From Candidatus Parcubacteria bacterium (GTDB taxonomy: Bacteria; Patescibacteriota; Minisyncoccia; Phycocordibacterales; CAIZLB01), in contig JBDKLC010000005.1 in the NCBI GenBank assembly GCA_039795775.1, forward strand, positions 379,958 through 443,957: DNA of 64,000 nt, written 5' to 3'. The notes below the pieces were generated by a model. That model saw only the letters and a list, made by a program, of their open reading frames with translations. It was not told the DNA's origin and did not search any database. Both the position numbers and the translations under genes were made by a program. Within the stretch, counting starts at the first letter, position 1. The number at the start of each line of letters is the position of its first letter. Below, piece after piece: positions 37,089-46,713 of the stretch.

Positions 37089-38387
37089 TTATCGCCCAAG
37101 AATAGAATCAAGGGTGTTTTTATTTACAATCATTCGAGCAGGAATGTATCCAGCAATGAGAGTTGTAAAGAGAAGGACGGCAGCTCGGATAAACGTACCT
37201 GACAACGGAGCATAGATTCGTCCATCACTGAATGGGAAGTTGATAGGATGAGCATCGACAAACGGCTTCAGGAATCCATACAGAATGACGAAGCCGACGA
37301 TAGCTCCTGCAAGAGCGTAAAAGATAGACTGTAAAATGTAAGAGAATTCAATTGCTTTAGAATCAATACCAATCCCCTTCAAAATACCAATGAATTTTCT
37401 TCGTGTCAGTGTGTTTACGAAAATCACAATGAAGATAGTGATAGATGCTACAGCGAGACCAATACTACCAATAAGGTTTCCAAGAAGTGCGAACATACTC
37501 TTCATGTCTTTGACGAATTTTGGGAGCGCTTCATCGTATGTCTGAATATTTGCTCCTTCATCGAGACCGTTGTTGAGGAAAATTTGTTTTACAGCAATCA
37601 CATCTGACTCTGATGCACCTGGTATCATTCGAATACTAACTTCGTTCAAGTTGTTATCTGTTCGTCCAAGAAGTTTTCGAGCTTCACTTGCTGTCATAAA
37701 TACACGGAAGTCGTTTTCATCAACTTTTGATTTGATGATACCTCGCACCACAACTTCTTTAGCGTTTTTCCCTACTGTAATTTTAAGTTTATCTCCGACA
37801 TAAATTCCTCGGAGCGATTGAAATGCACTTGAGTCAATTGGGGTAAATCGATAGAGCAAGTTAGCACCAATCATAATGCCCTCTGTGTCATTGCCATCAA
37901 GGTACGTACCTTCAATCATAAACTTTGAAAGTCCTGTCACTTCATCTTCTGCAATTGGATCGATACCTACAAGAGTTGTTCCTGCGGCATTTGGTACTTC
38001 GTCGTCTCGAAGTTTTCGTCGATAATCTGCATTTACTTTTGCACTTCCAATATATCGTCCCGTAACAGCATCTACTCCTTTCAAACTTTTTGCGATATCA
38101 AAAATAGTCTGACTATTTTCGATGTATGTCTTTTGTTTAAGACTTGTTACAAGTACTTCACCAATATAGTGAGCTCTGTTCGCTTCGATTGCTCCTTGAA
38201 TAAGACCTACAAGCACACCGTTTACAACCACAAGGTTGAGAAACGTGAGGGCCATAACGATAATAATCAAACCAGTAGTCCAAATATTGGCTCGTTTGAT
38301 TTGTCTAAAGGCGAGGAAGAATCCGACTTTTAGTACAGTCTTATTCATATTATTTTGTCGACACAAGCACCTGATCGCCAGCGGCAA
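37089..38387 (-). CDS. ABC transporter permease, FtsX/MacB-like
   Basis: 432 aa. N-terminal TM helix, large periplasmic domain, C-terminal 3-TM FtsX domain. Confidence 0.8.
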   Translation of the reverse strand: MPLAIRCLCRQNNMNKTVLKVGFFLAFRQIKRANIWTTGLIIIVMALTFLNLVVVNGVLVGLIQGAIEANRAHYIGEVLVTSLKQKTYIENSQTIFDIAKSLKGVDAVTGRYIGSAKVNADYRRKLRDDEVPNAAGTTLVGIDPIAEDEVTGLSKFMIEGTYLDGNDTEGIMIGANLLYRFTPIDSSAFQSLRGIYVGDKLKITVGKNAKEVVVRGIIKSKVDENDFRVFMTASEARKLLGRTDNNLNEVSIRMIPGASESDVIAVKQIFLNNGLDEGANIQTYDEALPKFVKDMKSMFALLGNLIGSIGLAVASITIFIVIFVNTLTRRKFIGILKGIGIDSKAIEFSYILQSIFYALAGAIVGFVILYGFLKPFVDAHPINFPFSDGRIYAPLSGTFIRAAVLLFTTLIAGYIPARMIVNKNTLDSILGR

Positions 38388-39927
38388 GACCAGATACTAT
38401 TTCGATTTCACCATTATTATTAATGCTTCCTGTTTGTACCACTCGATCTTGAGATCCTGATGCAGATTTTACGGTTACCATTTTCTGACCGTTTTTGAGG
38501 AAGATTGCCTGTTGCGGAATGATGATGACATCTTGTCGTTTGTCAGTTTGAATAACAATGTTGGCTGTCATACCAGATTTGATTCGTTCATCATTCTGAG
38601 AAAATTGGAATGTCGCTTTGTATGTTGATACGCCATCAAGTACTGTTTCAGCCGGATCAAGTAATGTCACACTCGCATTAAATGGCGCATTTTTTCCATA
38701 TGCATCAAGAGTTACAGAGGCTTGCTGTCCGAGCTTGATCTTTGCAATGTCTGTCTCAGAAATATAACTTTCGATTTCGTAATTTGCTGCACTGATAAGT
38801 GAGATTACTGGACTATTTGGAGAAACAATCTCACCAGCTTTACCATCTACTTTTGTCACAATACCTTCAATCGGTGATGTAATAACTGTCTTTGCGTATG
38901 AAGCTCGAGCACTCTGAAGTTGCGCATATGCACTTTTTACCTGTGCAGCTTGTGCATCAATTTGTTCTCTTGTAGAACCGGCTCGTTTGAGAGCAAGTTG
39001 CTCTTGTGCTTTCTTGAGCTGAGCTGTGTATGTTGAATAACTTTGTTCAGCAGTAGTAAGACCACTCACTGCAGAACTTATATTTGTTCGCGCGAGAGAA
39101 ATATCACTCTTATATTTATCAATTGTTGTTTGAGAAAGTGATGGATTTGTTTCTACAGAAGACACCACGAGAGAAAGATCGTTAAGGAAGTTTCTCATTT
39201 GAGCTACGTTTGTTCGTGCATCAGTCAAATACGCAGACGTGTATGAATCTGATGTAAGAGTTGAAAGAGAATTCCCCCACTTTGTGAGCATTTCGCCTGC
39301 TCGAAGTCGCTGATCGTTGAGAGATGTTCTAAAGTTTGCAGATGTATTGTTTGAGTTAAATGGCAAAATTTCTGGTGTTGCACTTCGAGGATTTGAATAG
39401 AGCTGGTCAATTTTGTTTCGCACGGCATCATCAGCCTTTACATACGCGTCTTTTATTTCATCTACAATAGTGCGTTTTGATTGCTCAAGAGAAATTGTCG
39501 CACTATCTACATCTGACTGAGCGAGCGTGAGGTCTTCAGGTCGAGATCCTCGTTCGAGTTCATCGAGTCGAGCTTGTTCTGAGTCTACAATAGCCTGTCG
39601 CTGCGATACAGCTGCAGCATAGTCGCCGTTTGCCACATATGCGAGCACTTGTCCCGAAGCTACTTTTTCACCAACCTTCACTTTCACTTGAGCGATTCGT
39701 CCAGATGTTTCAAAACCGAGAGAAACATCCTGTGCAGAAACCACCTTACCTGTGACAGCTACTTCTTGTACGAATTCTTTAGGAGTTACCGTAACAATGT
39801 TTGTAGCAGAACTTGAACTTCCACTTGAAAAAGCAAAGGCACTTCCTGCGAGGAGGACAATGGCAAGAGGGATAGAAATAAGTGGGCGTTTAAGATACGA
39901 ACCAAGTGTGTGAATATGTTTTTTCAT
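38350..39927 (-). CDS. HlyD/MacA-family periplasmic adaptor with an unusually long coiled-coil hairpin
   Basis: 525 aa. TM anchor, long alpha-helical coiled coil, C-terminal beta-barrel and MP domains. Confidence 0.75.
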   Translation of the reverse strand: MKKHIHTLGSYLKRPLISIPLAIVLLAGSAFAFSSGSSSSATNIVTVTPKEFVQEVAVTGKVVSAQDVSLGFETSGRIAQVKVKVGEKVASGQVLAYVANGDYAAAVSQRQAIVDSEQARLDELERGSRPEDLTLAQSDVDSATISLEQSKRTIVDEIKDAYVKADDAVRNKIDQLYSNPRSATPEILPFNSNNTSANFRTSLNDQRLRAGEMLTKWGNSLSTLTSDSYTSAYLTDARTNVAQMRNFLNDLSLVVSSVETNPSLSQTTIDKYKSDISLARTNISSAVSGLTTAEQSYSTYTAQLKKAQEQLALKRAGSTREQIDAQAAQVKSAYAQLQSARASYAKTVITSPIEGIVTKVDGKAGEIVSPNSPVISLISAANYEIESYISETDIAKIKLGQQASVTLDAYGKNAPFNASVTLLDPAETVLDGVSTYKATFQFSQNDERIKSGMTANIVIQTDKRQDVIIIPQQAIFLKNGQKMVTVKSASGSQDRVVQTGSINNNGEIEIVSGLAAGDQVLVSTK

Positions 39928-40138
39928 GATGAACTCGTGGCGACAAACTATTATTTTTTAATCATCTTAAATGTAGCATAAAAAAAGTCTTCCGTCTTCT
40001 GAAATTACCTATATATTGCAACATGTTAGCCATATTCCCCGATGTTTACATCTTATTAATTTCATGCTATAAATAAGTCCCTTAATCGGCTCCCGCCGTT
40101 TTTTGTTTGCCAGCAAATCAAGTAACTATTATCTAACA

Positions 40139-41926
40139 ATGGAAATTCGAAATATCGCTATTATCGCGCACGTGGACCACGGCAAAACTACAATCGTAGA
40201 TGCCATGATGAAATACACTGGTGCCGTTAAAGACACAGCAGTAAGTATGGACTCAAACGCCCTTGAACAGGAGCGTGGTATTACTATTTATGCCAAAAAT
40301 GCTTCTCTTACCTACAAAGGTACAAAGGTAAATATTATCGACACACCAGGTCACGCCGACTTCGGTTCAGAAGTAGAACGAGTACTTCGATCTATCGACT
40401 GTGTACTCCTCATTGTGGATGCACAAGAAGGCCCAATGCCACAGACTCGATTCGTACTCAAAAAGTCTATCGAACTTGGTCTCAAACCTATCGTAGTAAT
40501 GAACAAGCTCGACAAACCTGCTGCAAACCCAGATCGAGTACATGAAGAAATTCTCGAACTTTTCCTTGAACTCGGTGCTACAGATGATCAGCTCGACTTC
40601 CCTATCATTTATGCAATCGGACGAGATGGCAAAGCAAAGAAAAATCTTACAGATGAATTCGTAAACCTCGACCCATTGTTCGATATGATTCTCGATAAAG
40701 TAGCTCCAGCTAAACAGGCACTTCAAGAACCTCTCCGAGCTCAACCGTTCAACCTCGCATACGACAACTTCCTCGGCCGAATGGCTGTTGCCCGAATTTG
40801 GAGTGGTGTTGTAAAAAACGGACAGACTGTAACAATCAAAAAGCCAACGGGTGAAACACGAACTGGCCGAATTACAAAACTCTATATCTTCGAAGGTCTA
40901 GGTAAAAAAGAAGTTGAAGAAGCTATTTCTGGCGACGTAGCAATGATTGCCGGTCTTTCAGATATTTATATTGGAGAAACAATTACAGACTCAGCAGATG
41001 TAGAAGCTCTTCCTTCTATCAAGATCGATGAACCAACTATCTCCCTCAACTTCCTCGTAAACGACTCACCTTTTGCAGGACGAGACGGTAAATTCGTGAC
41101 AAGTCGACAAATCCGAGAACGACTTACAAACGAACTCGAAGTAAACGTTGGTCTTCAAATCGACTTCGGCGCAGCTGAAGCTTTCAAAGTATACGGACGA
41201 GGTGAACTCCACATCGCTGTACTCCTCGAAACAATGCGACGAGAAGGATACGAACTCCAGGTGTCTCAGCCTGAAGTAATCATCAAGAAAGTTGATGGTG
41301 CAGATCACGAACCATTTGAAGAAGTAGTTATCGATACACCAGATGAATTCTCAGGTGCTGTTATTGAAAAACTAGGACGACGAAAAGGCATCATGACTTC
41401 TATGAAGCAGAATGAAGGTATTACTCGAATGACATTTGATATTCCTACACGAGGACTTTTGGGCTACCGAAGTCAGTTCGTGGTAGATACAAAGGGTGAA
41501 GGTATTATGTCGAGTCGATTTATCGAATTCCGACCACACGTAGGTGTTATCGAAAAACGAGAAGTAGGCTCTATGGTTTCAATGGAAAATGGTAAAGCAC
41601 TTCACTTTGCACTTGGAAACCTCCAGGACCGAGGTGGACTCTACATTACTCCAGGAACTGAAGTGTACGCAGGTATGGTTGTTGGTAACACATCAAAGGG
41701 TGATGAAATGGAAGTAAACCCTGCGAAGGCTAAACAGCTTACAAACATGCGAGCTTCTGGTACAGACGAAACAATCTACCTTGCCCCAGCTCTTGAAATC
41801 ACAATCGAACGAGGTCTTGAAATCATCAGTGATGACGAATACCTCGAAGTAACTCCACACTTCTGTCGAATTCGAAAGAAGTTCCTCACAAAGTCAGATC
41901 GAGATAAGGCAAACCGAAAAGGCTAA
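40139..41926 (+). CDS. typA: translational GTPase TypA/BipA
   Basis: MEIRNIAIIAHVDHGKTT and BipA-specific C-terminal domains. Confidence 0.9.
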   Translation: MEIRNIAIIAHVDHGKTTIVDAMMKYTGAVKDTAVSMDSNALEQERGITIYAKNASLTYKGTKVNIIDTPGHADFGSEVERVLRSIDCVLLIVDAQEGPMPQTRFVLKKSIELGLKPIVVMNKLDKPAANPDRVHEEILELFLELGATDDQLDFPIIYAIGRDGKAKKNLTDEFVNLDPLFDMILDKVAPAKQALQEPLRAQPFNLAYDNFLGRMAVARIWSGVVKNGQTVTIKKPTGETRTGRITKLYIFEGLGKKEVEEAISGDVAMIAGLSDIYIGETITDSADVEALPSIKIDEPTISLNFLVNDSPFAGRDGKFVTSRQIRERLTNELEVNVGLQIDFGAAEAFKVYGRGELHIAVLLETMRREGYELQVSQPEVIIKKVDGADHEPFEEVVIDTPDEFSGAVIEKLGRRKGIMTSMKQNEGITRMTFDIPTRGLLGYRSQFVVDTKGEGIMSSRFIEFRPHVGVIEKREVGSMVSMENGKALHFALGNLQDRGGLYITPGTEVYAGMVVGNTSKGDEMEVNPAKAKQLTNMRASGTDETIYLAPALEITIERGLEIISDDEYLEVTPHFCRIRKKFLTKSDRDKANRKG

Positions 41927-42170
41927 TCTCCTATCAAAACTCAGACTAAGAATATACCCGAATCACATCGGGTATTTCTTTTACTTTTTTTTCAAAAATG
42001 TGACTACAATGTTGATTGCTCTGCGAACATACTCCAAGAACCACGCAATATGAATAATGCTCCGAGGAACATAGAGTCCCATAAAACAACCAACGATAAA
42101 AGATCTTTTTTTCATATCTGATACTACTCTCTCATACTGACCATTAATTTTTTATAAAAAAATGATAAAC

Positions 42171-42202
42171 AAAAAACACCCGCGTAGTGCGGGTGTTTTT
42201 TG
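42171..42202. terminator. bidirectional terminator downstream of the RRM protein gene
   Basis: AAAAAACACCCGC-gtagt-GCGGGTGTTTTTTG. Confidence 0.7.
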
Positions 42203-42216
42203 TATGTTCGAGAGGA

Positions 42217-42534
42217 TTAGTAATCCTGTCGATCTCGTCGTGGTGGTCGAGAATCTCGTGAACCGAAATCTCGTCGTGGTGGCATGTCTGTCTTTGGTCG
42301 TGCTTCATTTACAATGAGCGCTCGTCCATCGAGAGGCTGGCCATTCCACATGTCGATAGCAGCTTGTGCAGCACTATCTTCAATTTCAACAAACGCAAAA
42401 CCTCGTGATCGGTTTGTTGGTTTTTCCATTACGATTTCGGCAGAAATCACGTTTCCTGCCTTTGAGAAGGCATCCTTAAGAGCATCTGATGTTGTGCTCC
42501 AAGAAAGGTTACCTACATAAAGTCTCTTTGACAT
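42217..42534 (-). CDS. RRM-domain RNA-binding protein with Arg-rich tail
   Basis: RNP-2 LYVGNL and RNP-1 RGFAFVEI. Confidence 0.85.
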   Translation of the reverse strand: MSKRLYVGNLSWSTTSDALKDAFSKAGNVISAEIVMEKPTNRSRGFAFVEIEDSAAQAAIDMWNGQPLDGRALIVNEARPKTDMPPRRDFGSRDSRPPRRDRQDY

Positions 42535-42769
42535 GTATATTTACTGTTACTTTTATTCTATCCATAAACCCCTCTATGGCCGAAGTAACTGGCTAGTGAG
42601 AATCTACGAACCTACTAATAGTACTCTATTAGCCCATATTTAGCAAATACTATCAACACCCTTGTCAAGACCTCTTCATATTTTCTTCATAATAATTTTA
42701 TCTTTATTTCATACCCTAATTTCTACAATTCTTTATTATCACCTTAAAAATGAGTTAAAATATACATAT

Positions 42770-43441
42770 ATGCGAGTCTTAATTATTGAAGATGACGAAC
42801 AAACACGAAAGGCTTTAGAAGCTCACCTGACATCTGAGTCATACACAGTTGATACAGCTGACAATGGTGAGACTGGTTCATACATAGCGCGAACAAATGA
42901 CTATGATTTGATCTTGCTCGACAATATGCTTCCAAAAAAGATGGGCCTCGATGTTTGCAAAGACATTAGAAATGCAGGTAAAAAGACACCCATAATCTTG
43001 GTGTCTGTAGTTTCAGATATACAAGAAAAAGTCGCATTACTCGAAAGTGGTGCTGATGATTATCTGACAAAACCATTCAGTTTTTCAGAGCTCCACGCAC
43101 GCATGAAGGCACTGCTTCGACGCCCCTATACTATTTCAGAAGAAGTCATTACTCTTGATGACCTCACAGTCGATGTTAGCCGGCATACAGTTAAAAAAGG
43201 TGAAAAGAATGTATACCTCACACGCAAAGAATTTATGCTCCTTGAGTGTCTTATGAAAAATGGTGGCCAAGTAGTGTCTCGAGCTCAGATAATGGAGCAA
43301 GTGTGGAACTACGACAGCGACCCATTTTCAAACACCATAGAAGCTCATGTTCGAAATCTTCGAAAGAAACTTGATAAAGGAAAAAAGAAACTCATTCACA
43401 CAGTATCAGGACGTGGATACAAGCTCGATCGACAAAAATAG
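42770..43441 (+). CDS. OmpR-family response regulator (no cognate kinase in window)
   Basis: Receiver domain (MRVLIIEDD...DLILLD) plus winged-helix output. I prefer a start at 42770 over the track start at 42662. Confidence 0.8.
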   Translation: MRVLIIEDDEQTRKALEAHLTSESYTVDTADNGETGSYIARTNDYDLILLDNMLPKKMGLDVCKDIRNAGKKTPIILVSVVSDIQEKVALLESGADDYLTKPFSFSELHARMKALLRRPYTISEEVITLDDLTVDVSRHTVKKGEKNVYLTRKEFMLLECLMKNGGQVVSRAQIMEQVWNYDSDPFSNTIEAHVRNLRKKLDKGKKKLIHTVSGRGYKLDRQK

Positions 43442-43546
43442 ATTTGAACAAAAATTTATAAAATCTTAAGCACTCGTAGTACATACTGTACGCGGAACAC
43501 TGGTCGAGTGTTCCTGAGCTTTATATCTAGTGAAACGTTAAATCCT

Positions 43547-43585
43547 AAAAATCCTTCGTGAATAATCTCGCGAAGGATTTTTATA
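43547..43585. terminator. bidirectional terminator between the response regulator and fur-like gene
   Basis: ATCCTTCG-tgaataatctcg-CGAAGGAT flanked by A-run and T-run. Confidence 0.55.
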
Positions 43586-43646
43586 TGTTTATTTATATCC
43601 TTATTAGTGATGTGAATGACTATGTGTATGCAAACGTTCAGCGAAA

Positions 43647-44102
43647 TTACACTTTATGCTTTGGTACACATTTTTTGCAGATACCAAATAGCTCGAGGGT
43701 ATGTTCGGTAATGACTGAAAATTGCTTTAGTTTCTTTGACATATTGTGTAACGCTTTCTCTGTCGGTGCATCAGAAATATGTTCTACCACGCCACACCCA
43801 GTACAAACCACGTGGTGATGGTGACCATGTTCATGCGCAATTTCATATCGAAGAAGTCCGTCATTAAGTTGTACCTGGTCAATAATACCAAGACTCTCAA
43901 ATGTATGTAACGTTCTATATATAGTTGCTCTATCTGATGCAACATGTTTGTTCACTTTTTCAAATATATCATCTGCAGACAACAGCTGTGGTGACGTCTC
44001 GAGCACTTGAAGCAACGCCTTTCGCGATTTTGTCACTTTCAATTTATGTTTCTTTAGTGGATGGAGATGAAGTTGGTGTGTTTCCATATGTACAGCAATC
44101 AT
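43647..44102 (-). CDS. Fur-family metalloregulator (Fur/Zur/PerR)
   Basis: Winged-helix N-terminal region, HHHHVVC and CxxC (CTGCGVVEH) metal sites. Confidence 0.8.
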   Translation of the reverse strand: MIAVHMETHQLHLHPLKKHKLKVTKSRKALLQVLETSPQLLSADDIFEKVNKHVASDRATIYRTLHTFESLGIIDQVQLNDGLLRYEIAHEHGHHHHVVCTGCGVVEHISDAPTEKALHNMSKKLKQFSVITEHTLELFGICKKCVPKHKV

Positions 44103-44238
44103 ACGCCATAATTACTAAAATAACAATATTAATGCGACTTAATTGCATTTAGATTAAACATATGCAATACTATTTTTGGACAACAAAAAATCCTGACTCC
44201 TACGAGCAGGACGTCCTTAGAAGGGAGAACAAACACAG

Positions 44239-44394
44239 ATGAAACTTCAAAAACGAATTGGCCTGCGTATCGCAGCCACTGCACAAGCGACCGTGAGCAC
44301 TGGGGATAAGAACAGCCCTGCTGCCGCCGGATGCCGCTGCGGAGGAAATGGCTGCAGCTCATGCGCCGAAGAAACTGCACAAGGAAGCAAATAG
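44239..44394 (+). CDS. 51-aa Cys-rich peptide (GC-rich), divergent from the Fur-family gene
   Basis: GGGAG RBS upstream of the ATG. Protein is MKLQKRIGLRIAATAQATVSTGDKNSPAAAGCRCGGNGCSSCAEETAQGSK. Hairpin terminator at 44424-44466. Confidence 0.45.
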   Translation: MKLQKRIGLRIAATAQATVSTGDKNSPAAAGCRCGGNGCSSCAEETAQGSK

Positions 44395-44473
44395 CTCGCA
44401 CCTCACAGGTCCGAGCTACACATAACGGGTTCGTCTCTCACGAGGCGGACCCGTTCTTATTTTAATACGACAA

Positions 44474-44932
44474 ATGCTACAATGTATTCATATGAAAAAA
44501 GTTATTGATTTAGTGAGCAAAAATGCTCTTTACCTTGCACTTATTCAAGTCATTGTGGCTATACTTGGGAGTTTGTATTTTAGTGAAATAAAGCAGTATC
44601 CCCCATGCGTACTTTGCTGGTACCAGCGAATAGCTATGTATCCATTAATGCTTATCCTTATTATCGGTATTCTCACAAAGGATAAGCTCACACACTATTA
44701 TGTGCTTTCTCTTACCTTCATCGGCTGGCTTATTTCTATCTATCACAATCTCTTGTACTACAAGGTACTTCCTGAAGCGGCAGCTCCATGTGTAGCTGGT
44801 ATTTCATGTACGACAAAATACATTGAATGGTTTGGATTCGTCACTATTCCACTCTTGGCATTCCTTGGATTCAGTACTATTATCATTCTTATGTTCCTCC
44901 ACCGACGATACATTCGGTCTGAACAGAACTAA
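44474..44932 (+). CDS. disulfide bond formation protein B (BdbC/DsbB family)
   Basis: PCVLCWYQR signature and 4 TM helices. Likely start at 44492. Confidence 0.8.
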   Translation: MLQCIHMKKVIDLVSKNALYLALIQVIVAILGSLYFSEIKQYPPCVLCWYQRIAMYPLMLILIIGILTKDKLTHYYVLSLTFIGWLISIYHNLLYYKVLPEAAAPCVAGISCTTKYIEWFGFVTIPLLAFLGFSTIIILMFLHRRYIRSEQN

Positions 44933-44952
44933 CCCTTAATTTAATATCTTAT

Positions 44953-45636
44953 ATGAGTACAGAAACTAAAGTAGTCAGTGGCATTGTGTTGGTTACAATT
45001 CTTATTATCATCGGTGGTATTTTTGCTATCAATAAACAAAGTAACAAAGCTGCGTCAGTGACAATAAAGCCTGACCTTGTAGATCGAGCGGACGCACCTC
45101 GTGCAGGCTCAAGTACAAAAGTAATCATTACAGAATTCGCTGATTTCGAATGTCCTGCATGTGCAGTTCTCAGTCCTGAACTCAAACGACTTCTTGAAAC
45201 AGACGGAGACAAATTCACTCTTGTATATCGTCACTTCCCTATTCATAGTCACTCATATGAAGCAGCCGCTGTAGCTCTCGCCGCTGGTGAACAAGGGAAG
45301 TTCTTCCAGATGTCCGAAGTACTCTTTGACAAACAGTCTGAGTGGACGCCAGCTTCTGCTAACAGAACTACTCTCTTTGAAAAATATGCTACTCAACTAG
45401 GCCTTGATATCGCTAAGTTCCGAGTATCTGTAAAAGATCCTAAACATGAAGAAAGTGTAAATAAAGACCGACGGGATGCAACAGCTATGGGCATCAACTC
45501 AACTCCAACTCTCATTATCAACGGTACAGAGGCTGTACGAGGTGCCATTCCATATGAGACACTTCGAAAACTTGTTCTTGAGGCTTACAACGCTACAGGC
45601 ACAAGTGCGCTAACATCTGCTTCATCTACAAGATAG
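44953..45636 (+). CDS. DsbA-like thiol-disulfide oxidoreductase
   Basis: TM anchor, then a thioredoxin fold with FECPAC. Confidence 0.8.
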   Translation: MSTETKVVSGIVLVTILIIIGGIFAINKQSNKAASVTIKPDLVDRADAPRAGSSTKVIITEFADFECPACAVLSPELKRLLETDGDKFTLVYRHFPIHSHSYEAAAVALAAGEQGKFFQMSEVLFDKQSEWTPASANRTTLFEKYATQLGLDIAKFRVSVKDPKHEESVNKDRRDATAMGINSTPTLIINGTEAVRGAIPYETLRKLVLEAYNATGTSALTSASSTR

Positions 45637-45681
45637 AAAGCAGTTAGTTATAAATATAATTTAAATTACTTCTGAATATAT

Positions 45682-46008
45682 ATGAAAAATTTTATTTCTG
45701 AATTCCAAGAATTCGCTATTAAAGGAAATGTACTTGATCTCGCTATTGGTGTGATCGTAGGTGCAGCCTTCGGCAAAATAGTAGAATCTCTCGTTAAAGA
45801 CATTATTATGCCTCTCATTGGCCTTATGGGTAACGTAGACTTTTCAGATTTCTCACTCGGACCTGTACACATCGGCCTCTTCGTAAATAACGTAGTAAAC
45901 TTCCTTATCGTTGCCTTTTCAATCTTTATTGTCGTAAAACAAATCAACAGATTCCGACGAAAAGAAGAGAAAAAAGATGCAGCAGAAGCAGCAAATCAGG
46001 CAAAGTAA
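45682..46008 (+). CDS. mscL: large-conductance mechanosensitive channel
   Basis: [34 protein letters not shown] canonical MscL N-terminus. Confidence 0.9.
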   Translation: MKNFISEFQEFAIKGNVLDLAIGVIVGAAFGKIVESLVKDIIMPLIGLMGNVDFSDFSLGPVHIGLFVNNVVNFLIVAFSIFIVVKQINRFRRKEEKKDAAEAANQAK

Positions 46009-46063
46009 AACCCTCTCAACAATCCGACCGCGATAGACAAATTCGCCATTTCATGTTAATGTA

Positions 46064-46615
46064 GTGGCGAATTTTGTTTATGACCGCCTTCCAGTAGGCA
46101 CAACCCAGTCAAACACAAATAACCCAACCACAAGACATTCATCGTCTGCTGGAAAGCGGTGCAATGTTCTTTTTCTTATAAATGTTCAAATGAAAATGTC
46201 CACACTTGGGAATTTTGATGCTGACCTCCTCTATTACTTATATGAGGTAGCACCCAAAGAGAAACACGCCCGAAGGGTCAACCGCGCAGCCCAACTCCGA
46301 GACGGCATTTATGCCGTAGAGGATTCAAGAGGCTATTGCTGCATCTATGTCAACCGCGAACTATGGGAGACCAAGAATCTTCATGCGTTCAAGGATGAAG
46401 TCCGTGCAGAGTGTTTTGAAGAAACAGATATCTTTCTCCTCGATGGAGCAAACTTCCGGCCCCAGGTTCAAGGTATCTTTGAAGCACTAGATGCTGCAAA
46501 TGAGCACATCAAGTCGCGGAGCGACGATAAACACCGGTTACTGTTTAAGTCAAACATCGTGACCTACGACGCGGCAGGCTTCTACGAACTAATGGCCACG
46601 GCTGCAGTAGCCTAA
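46064..46615 (+). CDS. hypothetical protein (GC-rich islet; likely start MKMSTL at 46191)
   Basis: ORF in GC-rich sequence following the mscL terminator hairpin (46040-46078). No recognisable domain. Confidence 0.35.
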   Translation: MANFVYDRLPVGTTQSNTNNPTTRHSSSAGKRCNVLFLINVQMKMSTLGNFDADLLYYLYEVAPKEKHARRVNRAAQLRDGIYAVEDSRGYCCIYVNRELWETKNLHAFKDEVRAECFEETDIFLLDGANFRPQVQGIFEALDAANEHIKSRSDDKHRLLFKSNIVTYDAAGFYELMATAAVA

Positions 46616-46713
46616 AGCGCCAAAATAAGACCTCCCCCAAACACCGTCCTGGTGAGCCCCACAAGCTTATCAGGCGGTTTTATTTTGACCAAATAGTCTG
46701 CTAATCACGAACC

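Noticed and set aside
43490-43512. Perfect palindrome GGAACACT-ggtcga-GTGTTCC, considered as a regulator site
   Set aside because: It is a single occurrence downstream of the response-regulator gene and ahead of the real bidirectional terminator. It more likely forms part of the terminator region. There is no second copy to support a motif.
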